A DNA stretch of 64,000 bases from an uncultured Chloroflexia bacterium (GTDB taxonomy: Bacteria > Chloroflexota > Limnocylindria > QHBO01): assembly GCA_963825525.1 (NCBI GenBank), contig CAWGTN010000001.1, forward strand, positions 192,001-256,000, given 5' to 3'. The notes under the pieces are model-generated. The model was not told the DNA's origin and ran no database searches. It saw nothing but the letters and a program-made list of their open reading frames with translations. Positions within the stretch are counted from its first letter, which is position 1, and every line of letters starts with the position of its first letter. Position numbers and translations under genes: made by a program. Of this stretch, positions 1-9,321 are shown piece after piece.

Positions 1-2
1 AC

Positions 3-1514
3 TACGCCGAGATCAAGCAGCGGCTGGAGTCCGAAGGGCACCGGTTCGAGTCCGAGACCGATACCGAGGTCCTCGCCCACCTCATCGAGTCGAAGTACAC
101 CGGCGACCTGGTCGAGGCCGTCCGTCACGCGCTGAATGACGTGCGTGGCGCGTACGCCATCGGCGTCATGCATACGGACCACCCGGATCGCATCGTCGGC
201 GCCCGCATGAACGTGCCACTCATCGTCGGGCTGGGGGTCGACGAGGGGTTCCTGGCCAGCGACGTGCCGGCCATCCTCGAGCACACGAAGAACGTGATCA
301 TCCTCCATGAGGGTGACATCGCCGATGTGACCGCGTCGGGCACCAGGATCCTGGGCCTCGACGGCGCGGAGGTTCAGCGCGACACGACCGAGATCCACTG
401 GACCATCGACGCCGCCGAGAAGGGCGGATTCGCGCACTTCACGCTCAAGGAGATCTACGAGCAGCCGCACGCCATCCAGGAGTGCCTGCGCGGCCGGGTT
501 GATGGCGTCGGCAACATCTCGCTGTCCGAGCTCACCCCGATCGACGATCGGCTCAAGTCGATCGAGCGCGTCTACGTCGTGGGATGCGGGACGGCCAGCT
601 ATGCGGCGCACGTGGCCGCCTATCTCATCCAGGATTGGGTCGGGATTCCGGCCACCATGCAGGTGGGCTCGGAGATGCGCTACAGCCCGCCGCCGCTCGA
701 CAGCAGGACGCTGGTCATCGGCGTCAGCCAGTCAGGCGAGACGGCCGACACCCTGGCGCCGCTGAGGCTGGCGCAGGAGCGTGGCGCGCTGGTGGTCGTC
801 GTGACGAACGTGGTCGGGAGCGCGATCACGCGCCAGGCCGATGCGGTCTGCTACCTGCAGGCCGGACCGGAGGTTGCCGTGGCGAGCACGAAGGCGTTCG
901 TGACCCAGGTCCTCGTGCTCCAGATGCTCGCGCTGCACCTGGCCGGGCTCAGGGGCACGATGAGCGACAACCAGCTCCGAACCCTCGGCCGCTCGCTGCG
1001 CAGCCTGCCGCGCCTTGCCGCCGAGACCCTGAAGCTCGGTCCGCAGGTCAAGAAGCTCGCCCAACGGTTCGCCCACGTGCGCGACTTCATCTTCATCGGG
1101 CGCGGGGTGGGCTACCCGATCGCCATGGAAGGCGCATTGAAGCTCAAGGAGCTCAGCTACGTGCATGCGGAGGGCTACGCCGCCGGAGAGCTGAAGCACG
1201 GCCCGATTGCGCTGCTGGATCCGGAAACTCCGCTGCTGGCGATCGCCACCGCGGGCGCCACGTACGAGAAGGTGGCCAGCAACGTGGCCGAGGCCCGGGC
1301 ACGGTCGGCGCCGGTGATCGCCATCGCGACCGTGGGCGATGACCAGATCGATCGCTACGCCGACGACGTCCTCTACGTCCCCGAGGTCCCCGAGCCGATC
1401 AGCCCGGTCATTGCCGTCCTGCCGCTCCAGCTGCTTGCCTACGAGGTCGCAGTGGCGCGGGGGACGGACGTGGATCAGCCGCGCAACCTGGCCAAGTCCG
1501 TCACCGTCGAATAG
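3..1514 (+). CDS. glmS: Glutamine--fructose-6-phosphate transaminase (5' truncated by window edge)
   Basis: Frame open from position 3 (FESETDTEVLAHLIE); SIS motifs SQSGETADT, VASTKAF, EGALKLKE and C-terminal DQPRNLAKSVTVE. Confidence 0.98.
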   Translation, partial: YAEIKQRLESEGHRFESETDTEVLAHLIESKYTGDLVEAVRHALNDVRGAYAIGVMHTDHPDRIVGARMNVPLIVGLGVDEGFLASDVPAILEHTKNVIILHEGDIADVTASGTRILGLDGAEVQRDTTEIHWTIDAAEKGGFAHFTLKEIYEQPHAIQECLRGRVDGVGNISLSELTPIDDRLKSIERVYVVGCGTASYAAHVAAYLIQDWVGIPATMQVGSEMRYSPPPLDSRTLVIGVSQSGETADTLAPLRLAQERGALVVVVTNVVGSAITRQADAVCYLQAGPEVAVASTKAFVTQVLVLQMLALHLAGLRGTMSDNQLRTLGRSLRSLPRLAAETLKLGPQVKKLAQRFAHVRDFIFIGRGVGYPIAMEGALKLKELSYVHAEGYAAGELKHGPIALLDPETPLLAIATAGATYEKVASNVAEARARSAPVIAIATVGDDQIDRYADDVLYVPEVPEPISPVIAVLPLQLLAYEVAVARGTDVDQPRNLAKSVTVE

Positions 1515-1529
1515 CGCGACGTCCGCCCG

Positions 1530-1907
1530 ATGAGCCGCCACGAGATCGGCATCGACCTGATCGACATCCAGCGGATCGATCATGTCCTGCGGCGCTTCCC
1601 CGATCGGTTTCGCCTCCGTGTGCTCACCGAGCACGAGCAGCGCTACTGCGGTCGCCGCACCGAGCGGATTGCCGGCCGCTGGGCGGCCAAGGAAGCGATC
1701 AGCAAGGTCCTCGGACTGGGCGTTCGGGGTGTCGGGTGGCGGGAGATCGAGATCCTGCCGAACCGGGCCGGCGCGCCCCAGGTCCTGCTCCATGCTCGCG
1801 CCGCTCGCCGCGCGGAGTTCATGGAGCTCGATGACGTGACCGTCTCCATCTCGCACGAGCGAGAAATGGCCGTCGCGGTCGCCGTCGCGCATCGGCGGCA
1901 CGACTGA
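1530..1907 (+). CDS. acpS: Holo-[acyl-carrier-protein] synthase
   Basis: IGIDLIDI, AGRWAAKEAISKVLG, VSISHE motifs; 125 aa. Confidence 0.95.
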   Translation: MSRHEIGIDLIDIQRIDHVLRRFPDRFRLRVLTEHEQRYCGRRTERIAGRWAAKEAISKVLGLGVRGVGWREIEILPNRAGAPQVLLHARAARRAEFMELDDVTVSISHEREMAVAVAVAHRRHD

Positions 1908-1915
1908 GCAATGCC

Positions 1916-2821
1916 GTGAGCGGACCGTCTGCACGCGGCCTGACGCAGAAGTGGGTCGCGGCACACCTCCCCCAGCGCCCGCCTCGCGCCCACAAGGGTG
2001 AATTCGGCAGGCTGTTGGTGGTGGCAGGCTCCACCGAGTACCCGGGCGCGGCAATGCTCACCGCACTCGGCGCCATGCGCGCCGGCGTGGGAGTCGTGCG
2101 CGTGGCCGCCGCGGAGTCGGTCGCGGATCGCCTTGCGGGCGTCGTGCCCGAGCTGACCTGGATGGTTCTCGACGAGGAGGCCCCCGGGCTCATCGCACCC
2201 AGCGGCTGGCGGCGGGTGACGAACGAGGTGGCGGATCACGACGCCGTCGTCATCGGTCCGGGACTCGGAAGCCAGCCGGCCACCCAGCGGCGGACGCGGA
2301 ATCTCATCGGGGGGCTGACCGTTCCGGGCGTGGTGGACGCCGACGGGCTGAACGCGCTGGCCGCCGGTGGCAACTGGTGGACCGGCCTCGGGGCGAGCCT
2401 GGTGCTCACCCCGCATCCGGGCGAGTTCGCCCGACTCACGAACGCCGAGGCGCCGAGCAGCGCCGACGACGATGCGCGCCTCGTGGCGGCTCGGGATGCG
2501 GCGCTACGATGGCAGCAGGTCGTGGTGCTCAAGGGAGCGAACACGGTCGTGGCAGATCCCGAGGGCGAGGTCCTGCGGTCCGGCGTCACGGCACCCGCGC
2601 TGGCCACGGCCGGAACGGGCGATCTCCTGGCCGGCATCATCGGAGCATTCCTGGCCGCGGGGCTCAGCCCGAGGGACGCGGCGGGCTGTGGCGTGGCCGT
2701 CCATGGCGCGGCCGGGCTGCTGGCCGAGGACCGGATCGGGCGCGCCGGGGTCATTGCCCGCGACGTGGCCGCGCTCCTCCCGGAGGCCATTGAGCAGCTC
2801 CGCGGTGGCCGTCCCCGGTGA
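1916..2821 (+). CDS. nnrD: ADP-dependent NAD(P)H-hydrate dehydratase (stand-alone, no epimerase domain)
   Basis: HKGEFGRLLVVAGS..YPGA, IGPGLG, VVDADGLN, LTPHPGEFARL, LKGANTVV, LATAGTGDLLAG. Confidence 0.93.
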   Translation: MSGPSARGLTQKWVAAHLPQRPPRAHKGEFGRLLVVAGSTEYPGAAMLTALGAMRAGVGVVRVAAAESVADRLAGVVPELTWMVLDEEAPGLIAPSGWRRVTNEVADHDAVVIGPGLGSQPATQRRTRNLIGGLTVPGVVDADGLNALAAGGNWWTGLGASLVLTPHPGEFARLTNAEAPSSADDDARLVAARDAALRWQQVVVLKGANTVVADPEGEVLRSGVTAPALATAGTGDLLAGIIGAFLAAGLSPRDAAGCGVAVHGAAGLLAEDRIGRAGVIARDVAALLPEAIEQLRGGRPR

Positions 2822-3948
2822 CGGTTGCCCGGAGCCCGCATCGGGCGTGGATCGAGGTGGACCACGACGCGCTGCGGTCGAACCTTGCGCGAGTCCGCCT
2901 GCTCGCCCCCGGCTCGGAGATCATCGCGGTCGTCAAGGCGAATGCGTACGGACACGGGGCGGTGGCGGTGGCTCGCACGCTCGTCGGCGCCGGGGCGGAG
3001 CGCCTGGCAGTCGCCACGGTGGGGGAGGCCATCGAGTTGCGCTCAGCGTCGCTCACGGCGCCGATCCTGGTCCTGTGGGCACCCGGCGAGGAGGAGGCCG
3101 ATGCCGTGGCGCAGCACGATCTCGAGCCGATGGTCGATGACGAGCGGTCGATCGCGGCGGTTGAGGCCGCGGCAACCAGGCGGAAGGTGCGAGTTGGAGT
3201 GCATCTGAAGGTGGACACCGGGCTGGGACGCCAGGGCTCCCCGCACGAGGAAGCCGTCACCCTGGCGACGCGAATCGCGAGGAGTCGGCACCTGCGCCTG
3301 GCCGGTACGATGAGCCATCTCGCGGTGCCCGGCGAGGATGACGCATACACCGAGGTCCAGGCTCTGCGACTGTCTCGCGTGCTTGACGCGATGCGGTCGG
3401 CCGGGATCGACCCAGGGCTCGTCCACCTGAACGCAACCGGCGGACTGCTGTCCGGGCCCGTCGCGTTTGCCGACGCGGTGCGACCGGGCCTCTCGCTGTA
3501 CGGCATGCGACCCGCGTGGGCCGCCGATCCACCGGGTGGCCTGACGCCGGCGCTGAGCCTGAAGGCACGAGCGCGCCGAATTTTTGACCTGGATGCCGGC
3601 GAGGCGCTCGGATACGGCCTCCGTTTCCGGACGGCGCGGCGAACGCGAATCGCGACCCTCGGCATCGGCTACGGCGACGGGTGGCCCAGGGTCCACGCCA
3701 ACAACGGCGGCGTCCTCGTTCACGGGCGGCGCGCGCCGATCGTAGGCGCTGTCAGCATGGATGGCCTGACCGTGGATATCGGCGAAATCGATGGTGTAGG
3801 CTTCGCCGACGAATTTGTCCTGATCGGAGAGCAGGACGGCGCGCGGATCACTGCCGACGACGTTGCCACGGAGCGGCGCACCATCAACTACGAGGTGACG
3901 ACCGCACTGCGCGAACGTCTTCCGCGGCTCCATCTCGGAGTCGACTGA
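2818..3948 (+). CDS. alr: Alanine racemase
   Basis: PLP-lysine motif AVVKANAYGHG, HLKVDTGLGRQG, VRPGLSLYG, IGYGDG, VGAVSMD, TINYEV. Confidence 0.97.
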   Translation: MTVARSPHRAWIEVDHDALRSNLARVRLLAPGSEIIAVVKANAYGHGAVAVARTLVGAGAERLAVATVGEAIELRSASLTAPILVLWAPGEEEADAVAQHDLEPMVDDERSIAAVEAAATRRKVRVGVHLKVDTGLGRQGSPHEEAVTLATRIARSRHLRLAGTMSHLAVPGEDDAYTEVQALRLSRVLDAMRSAGIDPGLVHLNATGGLLSGPVAFADAVRPGLSLYGMRPAWAADPPGGLTPALSLKARARRIFDLDAGEALGYGLRFRTARRTRIATLGIGYGDGWPRVHANNGGVLVHGRRAPIVGAVSMDGLTVDIGEIDGVGFADEFVLIGEQDGARITADDVATERRTINYEVTTALRERLPRLHLGVD

Positions 3949-3969
3949 CCCGCCCGCCGCCGACACGAG

Positions 3970-3975
3970 TATCGT
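3970..3975 (+). promoter_or_regulatory. Putative -10 element (TATCGT) for a leaderless or near-leaderless macro-domain operon transcript
   Basis: TANNNT hexamer 8 nt before ATG 3984 in a 35-nt intergenic gap; no strong SD. Confidence 0.4.
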
Positions 3976-3983
3976 AGGCAGCC

Positions 3984-4511
3984 ATGGGATCACCGATCGA
4001 GATCGACGTCTGGCAGGGGGAGATCGCTGACCTCGAGGTCGACGCCCTCATCGTTCCGGCCAACGAGTCGTTCTTCATGACCGCCGGGGCCGCCGCCTCG
4101 GTCAAGCGTCATGGCGGCGACGAGATCGAGCGGGATGCGGTCGGCCAGGGACCCGCCGCCGCGGGCACCGCCATCGCCACCCACGCCGGCACACTCGCCG
4201 CCGCTTACGTCATTCACGCCGTCGGCGTCGGCCACGAGCGCCGTGCCGACCGTGATCAGCTCGCCGCCGCGCTGCGGGCAGCACTCGGCTTCTCGGTGCC
4301 GCTGCAGCTGCGACGCATTGCCACGGCCCTGGTCGGCACCGAGCACGGCGCATTCACCGCTCCGGATGCCGCCGAAATCCTCCTTGCCGAGATCGCGGCG
4401 GCGGAGGCGGCCGGCAGTCCGGCGGAATCCATCGTGGTGGCCACCGGCAGCGCGGTCGAGACGCACGCGGTGCTCGACGCTCTCTCGGCGCGACGAGCAC
4501 GGGCCCGATGA
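3984..4511 (+). CDS. Macro domain (ADP-ribose binding) protein, divergent
   Basis: IDVWQGEIADLEVDALIVPAN and LAAAYVIHAVG match the macro fold; glycine-rich loops are degenerate. Confidence 0.85.
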   Translation: MGSPIEIDVWQGEIADLEVDALIVPANESFFMTAGAAASVKRHGGDEIERDAVGQGPAAAGTAIATHAGTLAAAYVIHAVGVGHERRADRDQLAAALRAALGFSVPLQLRRIATALVGTEHGAFTAPDAAEILLAEIAAAEAAGSPAESIVVATGSAVETHAVLDALSARRARAR

Positions 4512-4768
4512 GCGGGGACCCGGCCCGCCGCCTGGCTGAGGAGCTGGGGCGCCGCGGCCTGACGGTCCCGGCCCGCCTGCTGCTCGATGCTCATCGGCCG
4601 CTGGCGCCGCTCCTGGCAGACCTCGGTGCGGCCGTTTCGCCGCTGATCAACCTGGGTCGATCGCAGGCGCTCCTGCCCGAGGACCGCCTGCTCGACGATC
4701 CCGACGCCGTGGAGCGTGTCATCAGCGAGCTGGACCGTATCGAGGAGCGACGTGCCGGATCCCGCTGA
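4508..4768 (+). CDS. Small hypothetical protein (86 aa)
   Basis: ATGA overlap with macro gene stop; GC3-rich codons; helical RLLLDAHRPLAPLLADLG segment. Confidence 0.7.
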   Translation: MSGDPARRLAEELGRRGLTVPARLLLDAHRPLAPLLADLGAAVSPLINLGRSQALLPEDRLLDDPDAVERVISELDRIEERRAGSR

Positions 4769-5600
4769 GCTGCTTGGCGGGCTCGTCCGTTTCGTCGGTG
4801 AGTTCCTGGGGGCATCGTCGCTCCGATTCGAGGTCGGCACGACGCTGGTCCTGCTCGGCATCGTGCTGGTGCTGCTTCAGCTTGTCGCCCGGCCGGTGAG
4901 CCGTTGGGTGACGTCCGACGCTGCCGGTCTTGCCGGGGTGAGCCGTGCCATGGCCCTGGCTGCGGAATCCGGAACCGATGCCGTCGTGTCCCTTGGCGGA
5001 GGAGGCATCACGCGCGCGACGGATGCATTCGCACGGCTCCAGACGCTGGCCGGGCTGCCGATGCTGGGCCACGTGGCCCGTGCCGCGGCCCGCAGCGGAG
5101 TCCCGCTCCGGATCCTGACCAACGATCCGATCGCCGGCCTCCTGGCCGCGGCGACCGTCGACGCAGCCCACGAGGCGACGGCCACGTCCGAACGCCATGG
5201 CAGGACCCGGGTCGTCATGGTGGGGGAGGGGCGTCCGACGATCGCGGGACTCGCCATGACGGCTCGCGCGCGCCCGGCCGCGGCATTCGCGTTCGGCAGC
5301 CTGCGCGAGGAGTCGCTGCTCCATCTCGACGGGCTGAGGAGCGGTGCGGGCACCTTGACGAGCGCCAGTGCTGAGCCTGCCCAGGCGTCGTCGCTGTGGA
5401 TCGGCGGCGGGGCGTCGCTCATCGGGCCCGAGCTCTTTCAGGCCGGCGCCGACCTGCGATCGAGCGTCGACGAGCGCACGATGGTGCTCGCGGCGAACCG
5501 GCTCATCGGCCTCGCGTTCGCGGCCATCGTGGTGGGTACGATCCTGGCCCTGACCGGGGTCCTCGATCTCGGCTCCCTGATCCGGACCGCGAACGGGTGA
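4752..5600 (+). CDS. Membrane-anchored protein, DUF6754-like (N- and C-terminal TM helices, central alpha/beta domain)
   Basis: GTG 4752 preceded by GAGGAG; [20 protein letters not shown]; AAESGTDAVVSLGGGG; LIGPELFQAGADL; C-terminal TM. Family name is from recollection, not a search. Confidence 0.7.
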   Translation: MPDPAELLGGLVRFVGEFLGASSLRFEVGTTLVLLGIVLVLLQLVARPVSRWVTSDAAGLAGVSRAMALAAESGTDAVVSLGGGGITRATDAFARLQTLAGLPMLGHVARAAARSGVPLRILTNDPIAGLLAAATVDAAHEATATSERHGRTRVVMVGEGRPTIAGLAMTARARPAAAFAFGSLREESLLHLDGLRSGAGTLTSASAEPAQASSLWIGGGASLIGPELFQAGADLRSSVDERTMVLAANRLIGLAFAAIVVGTILALTGVLDLGSLIRTANG

Positions 5601-6214
5601 GGCGACCGACCATCACGGCGCTGGTCGTCGTCATCGGCGTCCTGCTGCTCGTCGACCTCCTGGTTGTCAACACCGCCCTGGCGGACGTCGCCGGCGTCGT
5701 GATCGACGCCACCATCCTGGTTGCCGCGGGCGCGGCCCTGGCCGGAGTGGCATCGCTGGCCGTCCGCCGGCTCGGGGATCTGTGGCGGCGTCGCGGTGAT
5801 CCGGTCGGGGCGGTGCTCGTGCTGGTGGGGATCGGCGCCATGCTGATCGCCGGGTTGCGCCCGGGCTCCGCTGGCGTGTCGGATCCGGCCGTCCAGTGGC
5901 TCATCGCGGCGCTGCTGGTTCCTCTCGGGGCAACGCTCTTCGGCGTCCTGTTCCTCTCGACCATCGCGGCGGCTCGCCGCTCGGTGGCCGGTGGAAGCCG
6001 CGAGGCGCTGGTGATCGTCGGAGCGGCCGTGGTCGGCGCGGTGCTCCTGCTGCCGCTGTCGGGAGCTCCCGGAACGTGGCTGGGGGACGCGAGCAGGTCG
6101 GTGATCGATGGAGCGGTCGGCGCCGTCTTCCGCGGCCTGCTCATCGGCACCGGCCTGCTGGTTGCGGTGTACGCGGCACGCACGCTGTTCGGGATCGGCG
6201 CGAGCGATGAGTGA
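5597..6214 (+). CDS. Integral membrane protein (~6 TM), unknown function
   Basis: GTGA overlap with upstream stop; about six long hydrophobic segments; C-terminal GAVFRGLLIGTGLLVAVYAARTLFG. Confidence 0.8.
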   Translation: MRRPTITALVVVIGVLLLVDLLVVNTALADVAGVVIDATILVAAGAALAGVASLAVRRLGDLWRRRGDPVGAVLVLVGIGAMLIAGLRPGSAGVSDPAVQWLIAALLVPLGATLFGVLFLSTIAAARRSVAGGSREALVIVGAAVVGAVLLLPLSGAPGTWLGDASRSVIDGAVGAVFRGLLIGTGLLVAVYAARTLFGIGASDE

Positions 6215-7046
6215 TCGACTGCAGCACCGCGCCGTGATGCCGGGGCTTCTCCTGCTTCTCCTGAGCGCCGCATGGCTGGCTCCCGACGTGTCGGGGCTGC
6301 GCATGGACGCAGGCGATTCGCCGGCTGCCGCGGGATTCACGACCGCACTCGACGGACTCGAGCCGGACCCGCTGGTGCTCATCGGGTTCGATCCGGACGT
6401 CGGCACGTATGCCGAGATCCGACCGACCGTGCGGGCAGTCATGGCGGACCTCCTTGATCGCGGAGCCCGACTCGCCTTCGTCTCGGTGACGGTCGAGGGT
6501 CGTGCCCTCGCGAGTGCCGAGCTGGTGCGCCTCGGGCGGGCCGAGGTGGATGCCACCAGGATCCTGGACCTTGGGTTCGTAACGGGTGCCGAGGCTGCCC
6601 TCGTCGACCTCACCCGAGATCTTCGGGCCGAGGACGGCATCGGCGGCCGAGCGTTCGCTCGCGAGGCGGCCGACGGGATCGCCGCGTTCGACGCCATCGT
6701 GGTCGTGGGAGGCAATGACCTCGGACCCCGATCGTGGGTCGAGCAGGTGGCCCCGCGGGTGGCGTCCATCCCGCTGCTTGCCGTGACTCCCACCGTGCTC
6801 CTCCCCGAGGTTCAGCCCTATCTGGCGAGCGGGCAGCTGAGCGGGTTGATCGGAACGCTGCGGGACGGCGCCTCGTACCGATCGTCCATCGACGTCGGCA
6901 ACCTTGGCCGGTTCCTCGAGACCCGAGAGCCGAAGGTGCTCCCGGTCCTCATCGGGATCGTGGTGGCCGTCCTGCTGCTAGTCCATGCCCTGGCGCGACG
7001 CCTGCGCCCGGCGGTGCGGGCCAGCCACGAGCGCGGCTCATCGTGA
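6207..7046 (+). CDS. Membrane-anchored protein with a probable extracytoplasmic Rossmann-like domain, unknown function
   Basis: ATG 6207 overlaps the upstream gene; N-terminal hydrophobic/signal stretch, VLIGFDPDVGTYAEIRP, PYLASGQLSGLIG, C-terminal TM. Confidence 0.8.
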   Translation: MSDRLQHRAVMPGLLLLLLSAAWLAPDVSGLRMDAGDSPAAAGFTTALDGLEPDPLVLIGFDPDVGTYAEIRPTVRAVMADLLDRGARLAFVSVTVEGRALASAELVRLGRAEVDATRILDLGFVTGAEAALVDLTRDLRAEDGIGGRAFAREAADGIAAFDAIVVVGGNDLGPRSWVEQVAPRVASIPLLAVTPTVLLPEVQPYLASGQLSGLIGTLRDGASYRSSIDVGNLGRFLETREPKVLPVLIGIVVAVLLLVHALARRLRPAVRASHERGSS

Positions 7047-7687
7047 ACGGCATGTTCGGCGCCGATCCGGCCGGTACCGCGGCCACGTGGGTGGCTGCCG
7101 CGGCGACCGTCGTGGTCCTCGCCTCCCTGCTCGGTGAGCGACGGATGTTCGGCTGGTCGCAGCACCTGTTGGCCGGGCTGGCGACCGGCTTCCTGGCGCT
7201 CGTTGCGCTGCGCGAGGTGATCGCGCCACGCGTCCTCCAGCCGCTGGCCTCCGACCCTGCTGGCCGCCCCGACCTGTGGCTGGGCATTGTGCTGGTGGCG
7301 GTCGTGGCCATCGCACCCTGGCTGCCCCGACGGGTCGCGGTGATTCCGGCGTCGATCGCCGTCGGGTCCCTGGCGGCGTTCGCCCTCGGCGGCGCGGTGA
7401 TCGGCACGCTCCTGCCGCAGCTGGACGCGTCGATCGTGCGGTCCGGCCCCACGCCCGGCGCGACGGTCCTCGGCGTGCTCGGTGCGCTGACGACGGGCCT
7501 CGTGCTGCTCGGGTTCGTGCACGGCGTGCCACGAGGTCGAGTCCTGGCGACCGCCGCGGGGACGGGCCGTTGGCTGCTCCTGGGGGGGCTTGGCACCTGG
7601 CTCGGCTACCTCCTCGTATCGCGCCTCGTCCTCCTCACCGATCGGGTGGGCTTCCTCCTGGGCGACTGGCTGGGGCTCGTGCCATGA
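7043..7687 (+). CDS. Integral membrane protein (~6-7 TM), unknown function
   Basis: GTGA overlap; hydrophobic helices; QHLLAGLATGF and GRWLLLGGLGTWLGYLLVSRL. Confidence 0.8.
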   Translation: MNGMFGADPAGTAATWVAAAATVVVLASLLGERRMFGWSQHLLAGLATGFLALVALREVIAPRVLQPLASDPAGRPDLWLGIVLVAVVAIAPWLPRRVAVIPASIAVGSLAAFALGGAVIGTLLPQLDASIVRSGPTPGATVLGVLGALTTGLVLLGFVHGVPRGRVLATAAGTGRWLLLGGLGTWLGYLLVSRLVLLTDRVGFLLGDWLGLVP

Positions 7688-9321
7688 GCGGCCTCCGTCC
7701 GCGGGCCGAAATGGCCCTGCTGTTGGACATCGGATCGGCATGGGCCAAGGCCGGGGTGATCGGGCAGGCCGGGGGCCGATGGCGGCTGGTGGCGCACGTC
7801 GCCCAACCCACGGCATGGGGATCGGCGGCGCTCCGCGATGCACTGGTGGACCAGCTGACACGGGTTGCCGATCCGCGATTGGTGGGCCACGTCGACGCGC
7901 TCCTGGCCGATGCGCGTCGCATCGAGTGCCACACCGCACGTCCGCCGCGCCTGGCGATCATCGCGGTCTCTCGCGAGCTTTCAGGTGGAACAGCCCGCCG
8001 TGCCGCGGAAGCCGCCGGCTGGCAGGTGGCCGAGTTCGTGACATTGGACGACGGACGCGATCTGGCCGACCGACTCGCGACGCTCCAGGCGGCCGAGGTG
8101 GACACCTGGCTCCTGGCGGGCGGATTCGAGGGCACCCGCAGCCCGCGCGCGCTCGAGGCGGCGGCACTGGTTGCCGCGGCCAGGCGTCCCGGCAACGGCC
8201 GCGTCGTCTGGGCCGGCTCTGCCGAGCTCGGTCCCGAGGTCGCCGACCTGTTCGAGCCCGATGCCACGGCATTCGTCGCCAATCCGCGCCCCGACGCCCG
8301 CCGTGAAGACCCCGGGCCGCTGAGAGATCACCTCGTCGCCCTGCTGCGCGATGTCGTCACCGGCACGGACGAGACGCATCTCGCATCGGCCACGTTCGGT
8401 CGGGCGGTGGGGGCGCTCTCGTCGATCACCGGCCTCCGCATCCTGGGCGTTGACCTTGGGGCCGCGTCCGCGGTCAGGGTGCTGGCCGAACCAGACGGCA
8501 GCGTCGCAGGTCGCGTCAGGGCTGGAGGGGGCCTGGCGGGAACCATCCTCGTTCCCGGCGCCGCGGCCCGCGTCTCTCGGCTGGCCGGTGACGCCGGTGA
8601 CGATGCGACCGTGGCGGACCTGCTGCAGACCATCCGAGCGCGCCCGGCCACGCTGCCACAGACCGCGGAGGAGCTGTCAGCCATGCAGACTGCCGCGCGC
8701 GTGCAGCTGGCGGCCATGATGGACGAGGGGCTTGACGCTCCCCTCGACCTCGTCGTCGGCGCGGGCCGCGTGCTGGCCGCTGCGCCCCGACCCTCGCAGG
8801 CGGCGCGGATGCTGCTCGACGGCGTTCGCCCGATGGGGGTGACGCAGCTGGCGGTCGATGCCGGCGCGGTCCTTGGCCCGCTCGGATCGCTCCCCGACGA
8901 CCAGGTCCGGGAGGGCGTCTCACTGCTCGGCGAGGACGTGCTCTTGCCGCTCGGGACGTCCGTGGTGTGCCGTGGCGGCGAGCCGGGCCGGCCCGCCATG
9001 CGGGTCACCATGCACCGGGCGGGCTGGCCATCAGTTGGACCGATCGAGGTGCGGGTGGGCCAGATCCAGGTCATGCCGCTGCCGCGCGGTCAACAGGCCG
9101 AGATCACCGTGGAGCCGCTGCATGGCGTGAGTCTCGGTACCGCGCGACGCTCACCGCGCATCAGCGCCACCGTGTCGGGCGGAGCGGTGGGACTCATTCT
9201 GGACGCACGCGGAGTTCCGATCGGCCTGCCGCGCCGGGGCGATGACCGTCGAGAGGTCCTGGCCGGCTGGCGCGAGGTGCTGGAGCGCGATCCCGGACAC
9301 GGCTCGGAGCGTGTCGCATGA
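7684..9321 (+). CDS. Glutamate mutase L (GlmL/MutL)-like ASKHA-fold ATPase
   Basis: ATGA overlap; phosphate-1-like LLLDIGSAWAKA, LLAGGFEG, FVANPRP, phosphate-2-like ILGVDLGAAS; C-terminal GGAVGLILDARGVPIGLP; 545 aa. Confidence 0.75.
   Translation: MSGLRPRAEMALLLDIGSAWAKAGVIGQAGGRWRLVAHVAQPTAWGSAALRDALVDQLTRVADPRLVGHVDALLADARRIECHTARPPRLAIIAVSRELSGGTARRAAEAAGWQVAEFVTLDDGRDLADRLATLQAAEVDTWLLAGGFEGTRSPRALEAAALVAAARRPGNGRVVWAGSAELGPEVADLFEPDATAFVANPRPDARREDPGPLRDHLVALLRDVVTGTDETHLASATFGRAVGALSSITGLRILGVDLGAASAVRVLAEPDGSVAGRVRAGGGLAGTILVPGAAARVSRLAGDAGDDATVADLLQTIRARPATLPQTAEELSAMQTAARVQLAAMMDEGLDAPLDLVVGAGRVLAAAPRPSQAARMLLDGVRPMGVTQLAVDAGAVLGPLGSLPDDQVREGVSLLGEDVLLPLGTSVVCRGGEPGRPAMRVTMHRAGWPSVGPIEVRVGQIQVMPLPRGQQAEITVEPLHGVSLGTARRSPRISATVSGGAVGLILDARGVPIGLPRRGDDRREVLAGWREVLERDPGHGSERVA

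Noticed and set aside
7684-9321. DNA mismatch repair MutL, or a reactivase for the methylmalonyl-CoA mutase at 44982
   Set aside because: The fold motifs are ASKHA, not GHKL; methylmalonyl-CoA mutases use MeaB, and the gene is 35 kb away in a separate operon
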